DNA from: an uncultured delta proteobacterium
GTDB taxonomy: Bacteria > Desulfobacterota > Desulfuromonadia > Geobacterales > DSM-12255
Direction of reading: 5' to 3'
Assembly: GCA_963787125.1 (NCBI GenBank)
Contig: CAWBBV010000001.1
Location: forward strand, 192,001-256,000
DNA length: 64,000 nucleotides
Positions 50,978-60,237 of the stretch are shown one piece after another (positions within the stretch are counted from its first letter, which is position 1; each line of letters begins with the position of its first letter). Below the pieces are notes generated by a model, which worked only from the letters and a program-made list of their open reading frames with translations, made no database searches and was not told the DNA's origin. The translations under genes and the position numbers were made by a program.

Positions 50978-52405
50978 ATGGCTAACAAAACATTCACTAA
51001 TCTGTTGCTGGTTACAACCTCTGGGGTCGCCAAGTATCTAAAAGCGTTAATTACCGGCAATCTTCTCAGTCTCAAGAATGAAGACGATACTCTGGTTGAT
51101 GTAAATATAGGGAAGGCTTCTGCAACAACACTTAACCTGTCAAGCGAACCAATCCCTGTAGTTGTGCCAAATATAACTGCTGGCGTTCTAACTTATGACC
51201 AAACTATGTTCGCCGCAGTTTCAACCATTAATCCATCAGCACCTTATGCCTCGGTAACATCAGCAACTAAAAGTACAGTTGGTACCCATACAACTATGCT
51301 TCCTGTAGCTACCGCCACAGGAAAAGCTTTTCCAATAGGATCATATGTAATGATGCTACCATCGGCTCCTGATAATACAGCAGCTTGTGGGGTAGTAGGG
51401 TATATGGCAATAGCAGCACGCCAACTACTTTCTGATACTTCTAATTCCACCAGTAATTACCAAGTCGGTGCCAGATTCATTGCGGGTCACTATGTAATAT
51501 CTCCAACAGCTCTATCTAATACAGCTTATGGCGCTCAAAATTATACAGTCAATTACAGTGGAATCATAAACACTGCCTGTGGTGCATTAAATGCTTTATA
51601 TTTAGGGGTTACAGGTAACGCTGGTGCAAACACTACGGTAACTGCACATGCCACACTCAGCAGCGTTTATGTTGGACATGGCACCTCAGGGGCGATATCA
51701 ACAGTAACTACTCTTGTAAATTATAATTCAACAGCAACACTTAATAATGGTTCCAGAGTCACCGATTACTATGGCTTACGTCTTAATGCTCTTACACTGA
51801 ATGGTGATGCCACAATCTCAGGTATTCGCAGGGGAATCTCTCAAGAAGATACCTTGAGTGATAACTGGTTGGTAGGCAAAACCAAGATCGGTGGCAATGG
51901 CTCGCCTGTCACAAATGCTCAACTTGAGGTCACTGGTGACGTTTCTGCCACAACAGGAATGCAGTTTGGTAATTCTTCTCAGGCTGGGGCAAATGTTCTT
52001 GATTGGTATGAAGAAGGTACTTGGACGCCAACCTTATCCGCAATAATTCCTGGTGACTTAGCTGTCACATATGGATTACAGGAAGGCCAATTTACCCGCA
52101 TAGGGAACATGATTCATCTATCCTGCTATCTTACCTTGACAACATTTACCCAAACAACTGCATCAGGCAATCTTGTTATCAATGGGCTCCCTTACGCAAC
52201 CGCACAAGCTTATGCTCAGTATGGCACATTTGTTTATACTGGTATCACTAAGGCTGGGTACACTCAATTCAATGCCCGCTTGATAGCAGGTTCACAAATA
52301 ACAGTCTCTTGCATGGCTTCAGGAGTTGGTGTTGCTACTATGGCGATAGGGGATGTGAGTTCAGGAACAGCGAGTTTTCGTGTCAATATTTCATACAGGG
52401 TTTAA
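50978..52405 (+). CDS. tail fibre / receptor-binding protein
   Basis: LDWYEEGTWTPTL...G.FTRIGNMIHL...INGLPY; Thr/Ser/Gly-rich; AT-richer than flanks. Confidence 0.75.
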   Translation: MANKTFTNLLLVTTSGVAKYLKALITGNLLSLKNEDDTLVDVNIGKASATTLNLSSEPIPVVVPNITAGVLTYDQTMFAAVSTINPSAPYASVTSATKSTVGTHTTMLPVATATGKAFPIGSYVMMLPSAPDNTAACGVVGYMAIAARQLLSDTSNSTSNYQVGARFIAGHYVISPTALSNTAYGAQNYTVNYSGIINTACGALNALYLGVTGNAGANTTVTAHATLSSVYVGHGTSGAISTVTTLVNYNSTATLNNGSRVTDYYGLRLNALTLNGDATISGIRRGISQEDTLSDNWLVGKTKIGGNGSPVTNAQLEVTGDVSATTGMQFGNSSQAGANVLDWYEEGTWTPTLSAIIPGDLAVTYGLQEGQFTRIGNMIHLSCYLTLTTFTQTTASGNLVINGLPYATAQAYAQYGTFVYTGITKAGYTQFNARLIAGSQITVSCMASGVGVATMAIGDVSSGTASFRVNISYRV

Positions 52406-52416
52406 AGGGAGATAAA

Positions 52417-52719
52417 ATGGATACCCCAAACTATAATGAAACAAGCATTACGGGTACGCAGTGGCCGAGAATTTTCCGCTTTCAGGGTGAGAATCCTTTA
52501 GGTGGTAGACCTACCCTGGTACTCAATGAAGAGTTGGCGATGGTTATGGGAGAAACAACTATAACCAAACCTATCAGCCACTTGAGTGTTACTTTTGATA
52601 TAAACAATCCAAAGCATCTTGCCGTCTATGATGCAATCAATGCAGTTTATGTAGAGGAGCGAGAGAAGAGGGATACTTATGTTGCACCAGCTCCGGTTGA
52701 TGAGGAGTTCAATCCATGA
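52417..52719 (+). CDS. small tail-fibre-associated protein
   Basis: AGGGAG RBS; PNYNETSITGTQW.R. Confidence 0.6.
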   Translation: MDTPNYNETSITGTQWPRIFRFQGENPLGGRPTLVLNEELAMVMGETTITKPISHLSVTFDINNPKHLAVYDAINAVYVEEREKRDTYVAPAPVDEEFNP

Positions 52720-53576
52720 GTAATTGCATCCTCGCCTTTCCCGATAAAACCCTGACAGCCTCTCTGTCCGCCGGATCATGGCAAGCAGCCTTTCCCCTCT
52801 CGAATCTGGCGGTCGCTGCCCTGGCGCTCAAGAGCCGCAGCACCAACGCCCTGGCCGCTTCCACTAAATTTGACATCAATCTCGGTGCTGCCACCAAACT
52901 GCGCGTCGTCGCCCTGGTCGGCCACAACCTCAGTATTGCCGCCACCATCAGAGTCCGCCTGTCAACGGTTGCCGATTTCGCCTCCAATGTTTACGACTCC
53001 GGCACGATCAACGCCTACCCAAATTATTATGACGATACCAGCCTCGACTGGGGCCAGCCGGTATTGACAAATAATAAGCCGAGCACAGCCGACGCCATCG
53101 CCATGCGCTACCCGCTGTTTTTTACTACCCCGGCTATGGTCACCGCCCAGTATGCCAGGGTTGAAATCACCGACACCGCTAACCCGGCTGGGTATGTGGA
53201 GATCAGCCGCTGTTTTGTGGCGCCGGGCCTGGAGCCGTCACTTAATATGAAATACGGCGCAAACTGGGGACTGGATGGCCGCACTAAGTCAGATGAATCC
53301 TTGAACGGCACCTCCTACTTTAACCGCATCGAAGCAAGGCGCAGCGTCAACTTCACCCTCGGCTCCATCACGCCTGAAGCCGGTATGGGGCAGCATCTGG
53401 AAGCACAGAGATTCCTCGATCAGGATAAAGAGCTGTTCTTCGTCGCCGATCCGGCAGCGACCTGTATAAGTATGCGGCTGCAGTCATTTATGGGCCGGCT
53501 GCGGTTGTTGGCAGGTTATGAATATCTGGCATGGAACCGGGGAGATGTTGGCTATCAGTTGGTAGAGAGTCTTTAG
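52716..53576 (+). CDS. tail structural protein
   Basis: ALVGHNLS..ATIR, ARVEITDTANPAGYVEISR, NMKYG; last structural gene. Confidence 0.7.
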   Translation: MSNCILAFPDKTLTASLSAGSWQAAFPLSNLAVAALALKSRSTNALAASTKFDINLGAATKLRVVALVGHNLSIAATIRVRLSTVADFASNVYDSGTINAYPNYYDDTSLDWGQPVLTNNKPSTADAIAMRYPLFFTTPAMVTAQYARVEITDTANPAGYVEISRCFVAPGLEPSLNMKYGANWGLDGRTKSDESLNGTSYFNRIEARRSVNFTLGSITPEAGMGQHLEAQRFLDQDKELFFVADPAATCISMRLQSFMGRLRLLAGYEYLAWNRGDVGYQLVESL

Positions 53577-53808
53577 AAACGGCAAGGGGCGAAAAGAGAT
53601 GATCTATCGGAACTGGTGACGAGCGAGGATGACTAAGAAAGTATCTTCCTAAGCCGCTAGTTTGATAAGAGTCAACCCGAAAAATGCAATCCTGAGCCAT
53701 TCTGGCTAGCGGCTTCAATATTTAATTTCTGGGTTGGCTGAAAAGTTAAATAATGATTAAACTGTTATAATATTAGTAGGCGAAATGTGGAGGCGTCGAG
53801 GGGGCAAA

Positions 53809-53964
53809 TTGAAAGGATCAGCAGTGAGAAAAGTAGCTCTTGAAAATAGGTTTAAAATGGCTTTTATAGAGCGTAGTCAGATATGGCTTGAGTCGAAAAA
53901 AGCGATCCTGATCCATCCTGAGAGCCTGTTGCAATTTCCATTTTTCAGCTACCCCCTAAAATAG
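53809..53964 (+). CDS. possible 51-aa moron gene with own promoter
   Basis: TGTTATAAT extended -10 at 53763-53771, GAGGGGG RBS, TTG start. Confidence 0.3.
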   Translation: MKGSAVRKVALENRFKMAFIERSQIWLESKKAILIHPESLLQFPFFSYPLK

Positions 53965-54075
53965 AAAATAGTATAATGTACCACTGACAAAGCCTGTACA
54001 AAATATGGCGGTTTTACAGAAGCAAAAAGGGGGCTTAAAGCCCCCTTAAATTTACCTAAAAAAACGGCTTACAAA

Positions 54076-54122
54076 TTCTTAAACCATCTGTCTCGATTTC
54101 TGAAACCATGTGGCGCGTTACA
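54076..54122 (-). repeat. right-end transposase-binding sites (R1-R2)
   Basis: Minus strand TGTAACGCGCCACATGGTTTCAGAAATCGAGACAGATGGTTTAAGAA; 18-bp exact match to 14820-14837. Confidence 0.88.
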
Positions 54123-54147
54123 CAATCATTGCTTTCACTTTATTAAT

Positions 54148-54202
54148 TACACGGATGGTGCCATTCCCGCCGGCAGGAGTTTTTATTGGCAACAGGCTGA
54201 TA
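54148..54202 (-). promoter_or_regulatory. sigma-54 promoter and IHF site, originally for the cytochrome gene
   Basis: TGGCAC-CATCC-GTGTA (54163-54148; non-canonical -12) and IHF-like TATCAGCCTGTTG (54202-54190). Confidence 0.6.
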
Positions 54203-54493
54203 TTTAACCGTTTTATGCACATAAATAGCTTTCAATTCCCAAAGTGGCACATAGAGCCTCTGTTTGAATACTGAACAGCGATCACCCCCTGATTAGCGTG
54301 CTGAGCCGGTTACTCCATGGTGTAAAAGCTGATCAGCATTACTTATTTTGATCAGCTGCAGATTGGTTTCGACGTGGGAGGAAAACAACGGAAGCTACTG
54401 TTCAACATTTGAGCAGTTTTGATTGATATATTTATATAGGCAGGGTATTATTGTTTCGTTCGCTGCTAATCATTTTTTTGATCGGAGCCCCAG

Positions 54494-55939
54494 ATGAAGC
54501 CCAGATTACTTATAATCGAAGATGATCCGGCTATACTCGGCTTGTTGAAGCTGGTTTTTGAAGATGAAGCGATAGAAGTCCTTGCCGAGGTGAATGGGGA
54601 GTCGGCCGAAAGGATTGTTGCTACCCAGCACCCGAATGCAGCAATTATCGACATCGTTCTCCCCGGCAGATCCGGCCTGGAAATCCTCTCTTCCATTAAA
54701 AAAATCGATCCCGGCATAGCCGTAATAATGATTTCAGGGCATAACAACACTAAATATGCAATTGAGGCCATGAAATCTGGCGCTTATGATTTTCTCACCA
54801 AGCCGCTCGATCTCGTAAAACTCAAATCAATCTTGGCAAAAGCCCTTGAATGCAATCAACTGAGCAGAAAAGTTCATTATACCAAAGCCGACGAACCTGA
54901 AAAACTTGATGACAGTAACGCAGATCTTATGATCGGCTCTTCACCCGAAATGATCGAGATCTGGAAAATGGTCGGCAAGGTAGCCCAGACAGATGCAACT
55001 GTTCTCATTCAGGGTGAGAGCGGCACGGGCAAGGAGCTTCTTGCCAGAGCCATCTACAACAATTCGCGACGGATGAATCGCCCGTTCATGGCTGTCAACT
55101 GTGCGGCAATTCCTGAGAATCTGCTTGAAAGCGAACTGTTCGGCCATGAAAAAGGGGCTTTTACCGATGCCCATTCCAGAAGGATCGGAAAATTTGAACA
55201 GTGTCACGGTGCTACTCTTTTTCTTGACGAAATCGGAGAGATGAGCCTGGCAAACCAGGGAAAACTTCTCCGTGTTCTGGAGAGCCAGACTTTCGAGCGG
55301 GTCGGTGGCAATGAAACCATAAAAGTGGATGTAAGGATAATTGCTGCGACAAACAAGAGTCTGGTAAATGCCGTAAAAGAAAAAAGTTTCCGCATAGATC
55401 TGTTTTACCGGCTGCGCGTAGTTTCTTTCTTTCTCCCGGCCTTACGAGACAGGATTGAAGATATTCCCCTGCTCGTAAACTACTTTACAACCCTTTTTGG
55501 CAGAAAATACGGCAAGAAAAATTGCGGGATCGCTCCGGAGGCAGCGGATATGTTTCTGTCACAGAAGTGGGAGGGAAACATCCGGGAATTGAAGAACGTT
55601 ATCGACTCGGCAACTGTCATGAGCAAAAGCAACATCCTGATGCCGGATGACATTGAGCCATTCATGCAGACGAAACCAAAAGGTCAGCAGCCTGGCGTCC
55701 AGACAGACACAGATAACTATTACGCGATCTTCAGAAACCTGCTTGAACCGGTTTTCGACAGGATCTGCCTAAAAGACAAAGGAACTGTTTTTGAAAACAT
55801 CAACACCGGTCTTGAACGAGCCGTAGTAGAGATGGCGATGGAGAGAGGTAACAATAACCAGGTGCTTGTTTCCAAGCTTCTCGGTATAAGTCGTAATACC
55901 CTAAGAGACCGGATCGAGCGATTCAGCCGCGGGAATTGA
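54494..55939 (+). CDS. NtrC-family sigma-54-dependent response regulator
   Basis: Receiver domain, GESGTGKE, ESELFGHEKGAFTDA, WEGNIREL, C-terminal Fis-like HTH. Confidence 0.95.
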   Translation: MKPRLLIIEDDPAILGLLKLVFEDEAIEVLAEVNGESAERIVATQHPNAAIIDIVLPGRSGLEILSSIKKIDPGIAVIMISGHNNTKYAIEAMKSGAYDFLTKPLDLVKLKSILAKALECNQLSRKVHYTKADEPEKLDDSNADLMIGSSPEMIEIWKMVGKVAQTDATVLIQGESGTGKELLARAIYNNSRRMNRPFMAVNCAAIPENLLESELFGHEKGAFTDAHSRRIGKFEQCHGATLFLDEIGEMSLANQGKLLRVLESQTFERVGGNETIKVDVRIIAATNKSLVNAVKEKSFRIDLFYRLRVVSFFLPALRDRIEDIPLLVNYFTTLFGRKYGKKNCGIAPEAADMFLSQKWEGNIRELKNVIDSATVMSKSNILMPDDIEPFMQTKPKGQQPGVQTDTDNYYAIFRNLLEPVFDRICLKDKGTVFENINTGLERAVVEMAMERGNNNQVLVSKLLGISRNTLRDRIERFSRGN

Positions 55940-56315
55940 AAATTTATTTCGCCCTCTTGCTGAGCCTGAAAATCATCTCTGCTGCAAAATTGTTTAAAAT
56001 TAGCTACTTCCTCAAGCAGCGGTCTTCATGCAGGATCTCTTGCCAACATTACCTTGCCGACTCGGCCTTTTGTCAGGGCCAGTAATCGGCTAGCCTCCCT
56101 TGCTGTTCAATCCATGATCAGTCCTTGTCACAGCTTTTCCAGCTGAATCCAGTTTAACCCACTGTTGTTGTTACGTTATCGCTTTTGCAAGCAAATCATT
56201 TGTTCACTAGTTGAACTTGCCTCAGACTTGTCCAGACGTTCATTATATCAGCTCACCTACAAATTTATCTCTTATTTTCAGCTAGTTAGCTACACATCTA
56301 CTCTTTTGTCAAATT

Positions 56316-56330
56316 TGGCACTTTAGTTGC
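56316..56330 (+). promoter_or_regulatory. sigma-54 promoter
   Basis: Consensus TGGCAC-TTTAG-TTGC upstream of the 56425 gene. Confidence 0.8.
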
Positions 56331-56424
56331 GAAGCCTATTACAAAGACATTCGCGAAACATCGGCAACCATTGACAACTTACCAGCAGCTATCAATTTTA
56401 CGAAAACTGCGAAGGGGGCATGAG

Positions 56425-56922
56425 ATGAGATTTCAAAACTGGTTAAGCAGTGTGGCAACAATGGCGGTTCTGCTTATAAGCGTACCGGTAATGGCACAGA
56501 TTGTCCCTATCAGCGACGAGGCACTGGGGAGCGTAACCGGACAGGCAGGAATCGCTATAAGCACAAGTCACCTCGGCTTCGACATCAAGGCTGATACCAT
56601 CTATTACAAGGATGGCGACGGTATCGGACCCGGCACAACCGCTGGCTACTTAAGCCTTACAGGTGTAGCTCTCAAAGGCACTGTCGATTTTGGTACGCCG
56701 ATGACAATGGATATAGTGACGAGCAGGGATTCAAACGGCTTCACGGAAATAAAAAGCGTATTAATGAAAATCAGTGACATGACCCTTAAGATCGACTCCT
56801 TCTATATAGACGCAATCCGCCTTGGCAGCGCTGCAGGCAAGGGTGCCAGCCTCGGGAGTTTCGGGATTGAAAATATGGTTGTGAAGATGACTGGTGGGAT
56901 AACAATCGCCGCAACAAAATAG
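56425..56922 (+). CDS. exported FilA/DUF6160-like protein
   Basis: Signal peptide; PISDEALGSVTGQAGI motif; SLGSFGIEN C-terminus. Confidence 0.7.
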   Translation: MRFQNWLSSVATMAVLLISVPVMAQIVPISDEALGSVTGQAGIAISTSHLGFDIKADTIYYKDGDGIGPGTTAGYLSLTGVALKGTVDFGTPMTMDIVTSRDSNGFTEIKSVLMKISDMTLKIDSFYIDAIRLGSAAGKGASLGSFGIENMVVKMTGGITIAATK

Positions 56923-57031
56923 CAGCTTTACTACGCAAGCCTCCGGATTGTCATTAGATCTGAAGGCTTCTTAGTGTTCAGATCATTTTTACGGGGAAAT
57001 TTTTATTGTGAAGCGGGCCTGTGCAGCTCTG

Positions 57032-58216
57032 TTATTCAGGCAATGCTTCATTGCCGTCACGACACTCATGCTCCCAGATTTTCTTACACGAGCAGTCAGG
57101 TATTGCGGAGTGATCAAGCAGTGACGCTATGCTGCCATGCTTTCTCCAGTCATTAAATAAATTCAAGATAGCTGGAGTGCAGCTCAAACAGTTTGCCGGT
57201 GAAGCAACAGGTGCGGGAATTTCATTGTCCCAAGGGCCCATCATAATCTGCATTTTCAGCTTGTCCACCCTGGAAAGTACTTCCAGAATACTCCACAACC
57301 AGGGAGGACGGACTAAGCCTTGCTGCCAGGCTCTGTACATTAGGCCATCATCCGGAGATACATATAAAGGTTGCAGCTGAACTTCATCAACTCCAAGGTC
57401 GTCTAAATATTTGATAGACCGGACGCACTCATCGATCGCGGAATTTTCCTTTAAGAGCCAGTGCCCTTTTAGCATCACATAGCAGGTAAGCCTCACCCCT
57501 GCTCGCTTGGCAACTTCAACAGCTTTTTCAAACCCTGATAATGTCAGCCCCTTATTCATCAAGTTATTTCGGATATGGTCGTCTTTGGTTTCAAAGCCAA
57601 TTGCCAAATCGAGTCTGGAACCACCTGCTGCAAGAATCTGATTAAGCTGGTTAATATAATTCTCGTCAAAATGCTGCACCCTGGATTCAAGTCTTAGCCA
57701 GCGTACTTTTGGAGCTTTGGCTACTGCTTTGGCAATGGCGACAAGAGTTGCCTCAGGAATTTCAGATCGGTTAAGTGCGCTGCCTGCGGTAAAATATGCG
57801 AGCATATCCGCTTGGTTAGACATTGTATGAAACCCGGAAAAAAAGAGCGCCTTAAACTCTCTTGCGCTTAAAGGCAGATTCCCTACATAATTATTGACGG
57901 CTTTTTCAAATGAACAGAACGTACAGCCGCCATGTCTAAAAGATGCCCATTCACAGCCACCGGGAGAATAAATGATCCCCATGGCACCTGATCTATTATC
58001 CGGCATCATCCGTTGATCCATAAGAAAGACAGGATCACCTGCTATTTTGTTGAGAATACTGCGGGTGCTATTCGGAAAAACAAGAGCAGATGGTTTTACT
58101 ATGGGTGCCATTATGTAGGTAGGCAGACGGCGCAACCAGAATTCCCTGGTTTTCCAGGAAGATTGCGGAAATGAAACCTGAGCGTAGGATTTGAAGGTAA
58201 CGGGGCTGTTCTCCAT
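57032..58216 (-). CDS. radical SAM protein, RaSEA/TIGR01210-like
   Basis: GCEWASFRHGGCTFC extended Cys motif, FTAGS, LESR, IGFET, RPPWLWSILEVL, C-terminal NCLSC...CSCKKIW. Confidence 0.78.
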   Translation of the reverse strand: MENSPVTFKSYAQVSFPQSSWKTREFWLRRLPTYIMAPIVKPSALVFPNSTRSILNKIAGDPVFLMDQRMMPDNRSGAMGIIYSPGGCEWASFRHGGCTFCSFEKAVNNYVGNLPLSAREFKALFFSGFHTMSNQADMLAYFTAGSALNRSEIPEATLVAIAKAVAKAPKVRWLRLESRVQHFDENYINQLNQILAAGGSRLDLAIGFETKDDHIRNNLMNKGLTLSGFEKAVEVAKRAGVRLTCYVMLKGHWLLKENSAIDECVRSIKYLDDLGVDEVQLQPLYVSPDDGLMYRAWQQGLVRPPWLWSILEVLSRVDKLKMQIMMGPWDNEIPAPVASPANCLSCTPAILNLFNDWRKHGSIASLLDHSAIPDCSCKKIWEHECRDGNEALPE

Positions 58217-58217
58217 G

Positions 58218-59345
58218 TTATAGCTTTGGATAAACCATCCATACATTGGGCTCGACGTAATGAGCCAAATTATCTTCCATTCGGACATCAACCGGCACAA
58301 GCCCTTCTGGTACAACCTGAAAACCGCTTTTGGTAAATTCTACACCGGTCCATGCTTTCCACTGGTCTAAGGTGGCTGTAGTTACGACAGAATTCATACA
58401 GGGCTTGATCATTTTCGCCCCTAGTCTCGTATGAATTCGCAGCCAGGGATCCCGAGGCTCTCCATCGTTATTATTCCAAACCATATAATCCAGAATAGGC
58501 ATTTCGGGGTGGAGACATTTCTGGTTGGGTCTGACTGGAGCAACAAAAAGAGGAATTTCTTTCTTTACTGCAACTTTTTTCATAGCCTCAATTATTTTGG
58601 AACCAAGGCCAAACGCCCGGAACTCTTTTGGCACAGTTGCAGCCAGTGCGCTGACACAATTAGGCTTCAATCTTTTATCATAATCATCCATCCCTTTGGA
58701 TATAGCCCACTGCCAGCCGTCATCCGGCAAATCTGTGCCCTTACCAACCCAGTTAAAAGGAATAGAGTTGCCAACTCCGACCACGGTGCCGGAGACTCGA
58801 TCTCTCAAGATAACCTGATGTTCGGGGAAGCGCTGATAGATATCGAGCCAGTATTTCGAGCCGACATTATCATTCAAAATAAATGCAGGCCAATTTTCCA
58901 GCATTATTTCATACACCTGATCGGCAAGTTCAGGATTAGCAGATAAAGTAGTGGTGATCAAGTTGTCCGGATCAATATTTGAATTAACCTTCTGGCCACT
59001 CTTTGCGGGTTTATCGTGCGGGAAAATCATCATCAGACGATCAGCAATCAGGATTGACCCCTTCACCTTAAGCCTGCCAGTCAAGGCCGCCATTATTCCC
59101 GACAACTGATTATTGCAAATCTTCAACCAGTTTTTCTCTTCCAATTGCAAAGCTACAACAGGGTTGTCACAACCCCCTTTATTTATCGTACAGCTTTTAT
59201 TGCTGATGATAATTTGCCACACTGACGTTATTTTCTTATTTTGAGTTAATGTTATCGAGTAAGTTGCGTTCAGATCTTTTGCCGCTTCCGGGTCAAAATG
59301 ATCAGGCAAGGCAGCGAAGGTAGCTTCTATAGTCGTATATGTCAT
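58218..59345 (-). CDS. SCP2 lipid-carrier / GNAT-like fusion
   Basis: N-terminal FDPEAAKDLNA...AALTGRLKVKG (SCP2); C-terminal VPKEFRAFGLGSKII, APVRP, DPWLRIH.RLGA. Confidence 0.75.
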   Translation of the reverse strand: MTYTTIEATFAALPDHFDPEAAKDLNATYSITLTQNKKITSVWQIIISNKSCTINKGGCDNPVVALQLEEKNWLKICNNQLSGIMAALTGRLKVKGSILIADRLMMIFPHDKPAKSGQKVNSNIDPDNLITTTLSANPELADQVYEIMLENWPAFILNDNVGSKYWLDIYQRFPEHQVILRDRVSGTVVGVGNSIPFNWVGKGTDLPDDGWQWAISKGMDDYDKRLKPNCVSALAATVPKEFRAFGLGSKIIEAMKKVAVKKEIPLFVAPVRPNQKCLHPEMPILDYMVWNNNDGEPRDPWLRIHTRLGAKMIKPCMNSVVTTATLDQWKAWTGVEFTKSGFQVVPEGLVPVDVRMEDNLAHYVEPNVWMVYPKL

Positions 59346-60133
59346 CACATCACCCAATCCGCAATTTTTCTTATGATTTTAAAGTTTTTATTTATCCGCT
59401 CTTCGCCGATCCAGCGAAACAGAGGGGCCAGGGGAAAGAATGGATTCTTGGCACAGATAATTGCAGCATAACCGTCTGACCCCGGATACGGAAAGTAGTT
59501 CTCCTTAATCGCTACAGGCTTAAAGCCCAGCTGTGAATAGTAATTGAGGTGGGAATCACGGTACCTTTTCTTGCCTTCTATAACTGTTTTCTTAAAAACG
59601 TATTCATTTACATCAACATCGGGGTGCTTATTTTTGTATTCTACCAAGCCTGACAATGGTGAACCGAGATAAACTTCTTTAATTCCATTAAGCAGCACTT
59701 TGACTGAAAAGCGGGTTAAAACATCATCTACAGCTTCAGAATTAATGCCGGCAAGACTAATGCCGAAGACAACTTTTGAAGCAGGATCATGAAATTGTGC
59801 CGTTCCCGAATCTGTTGTCTCATACCAGTCTTTTGCAAGTTCAAGCTTGCTTTTTGATATTCCCATCATAAATGCCGATGCTTTAGCATTATTGAAATCA
59901 TCATAAGCCGCCCAGCAAAACCCCTTGGTATTTTTTATTCGTTTTTCCAACATAGGAATTGAGGCAGCTTCATCTTTCCACACTTCCTGTTCCAGTTCGA
60001 AAAGGCCATAAGCATCAGCAGATATGAGTTCGCGCGTAATAAAGTTATCCCTCGCGACTGTTTTACTTTCGGCATTATTTTTTGCAATTTGCGAATATTC
60101 ACATTGCGAAATTCTTGATCGCTGAACTTTCAT
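59345..60133 (-). CDS. GNAT-like hypothetical protein
   Basis: ELEQEVW...AS..ML..RI; VFGISL; D.HLNYY..LGF....ENYFP...SDGYA. Confidence 0.6.
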   Translation of the reverse strand: MKVQRSRISQCEYSQIAKNNAESKTVARDNFITRELISADAYGLFELEQEVWKDEAASIPMLEKRIKNTKGFCWAAYDDFNNAKASAFMMGISKSKLELAKDWYETTDSGTAQFHDPASKVVFGISLAGINSEAVDDVLTRFSVKVLLNGIKEVYLGSPLSGLVEYKNKHPDVDVNEYVFKKTVIEGKKRYRDSHLNYYSQLGFKPVAIKENYFPYPGSDGYAAIICAKNPFFPLAPLFRWIGEERINKNFKIIRKIADWVM

Positions 60134-60237
60134 AAATTCCCTTTCAAGTTTTTAATAACCCATACAGATAATCGATGCTTACCGTTTTCCCATGGTAGAT
60201 TAAATTGCCCCTGTTTTTTAGGTTAACCGCTGGGAGT

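Larger units (their letters stand above)
14667..54122 (+). mobile_element. complete Mu-like transposable prophage (siphovirus-type tail), 39,456 bp
   Basis: Begins TGTGAAG, ends GTTACA; CAATC duplicated at 14662-14666 and 54123-54127; MuA/MuB, Mor, GemA, gp27-gp29, MuF, gpG, gpI-like genes in Mu order; no tail sheath. Confidence 0.96.

Noticed and set aside
54245..54260. Plus-strand TGGCAC as sigma-54 promoter for the regulator
   Set aside because: No GC or GT at the -12 position with correct spacing.
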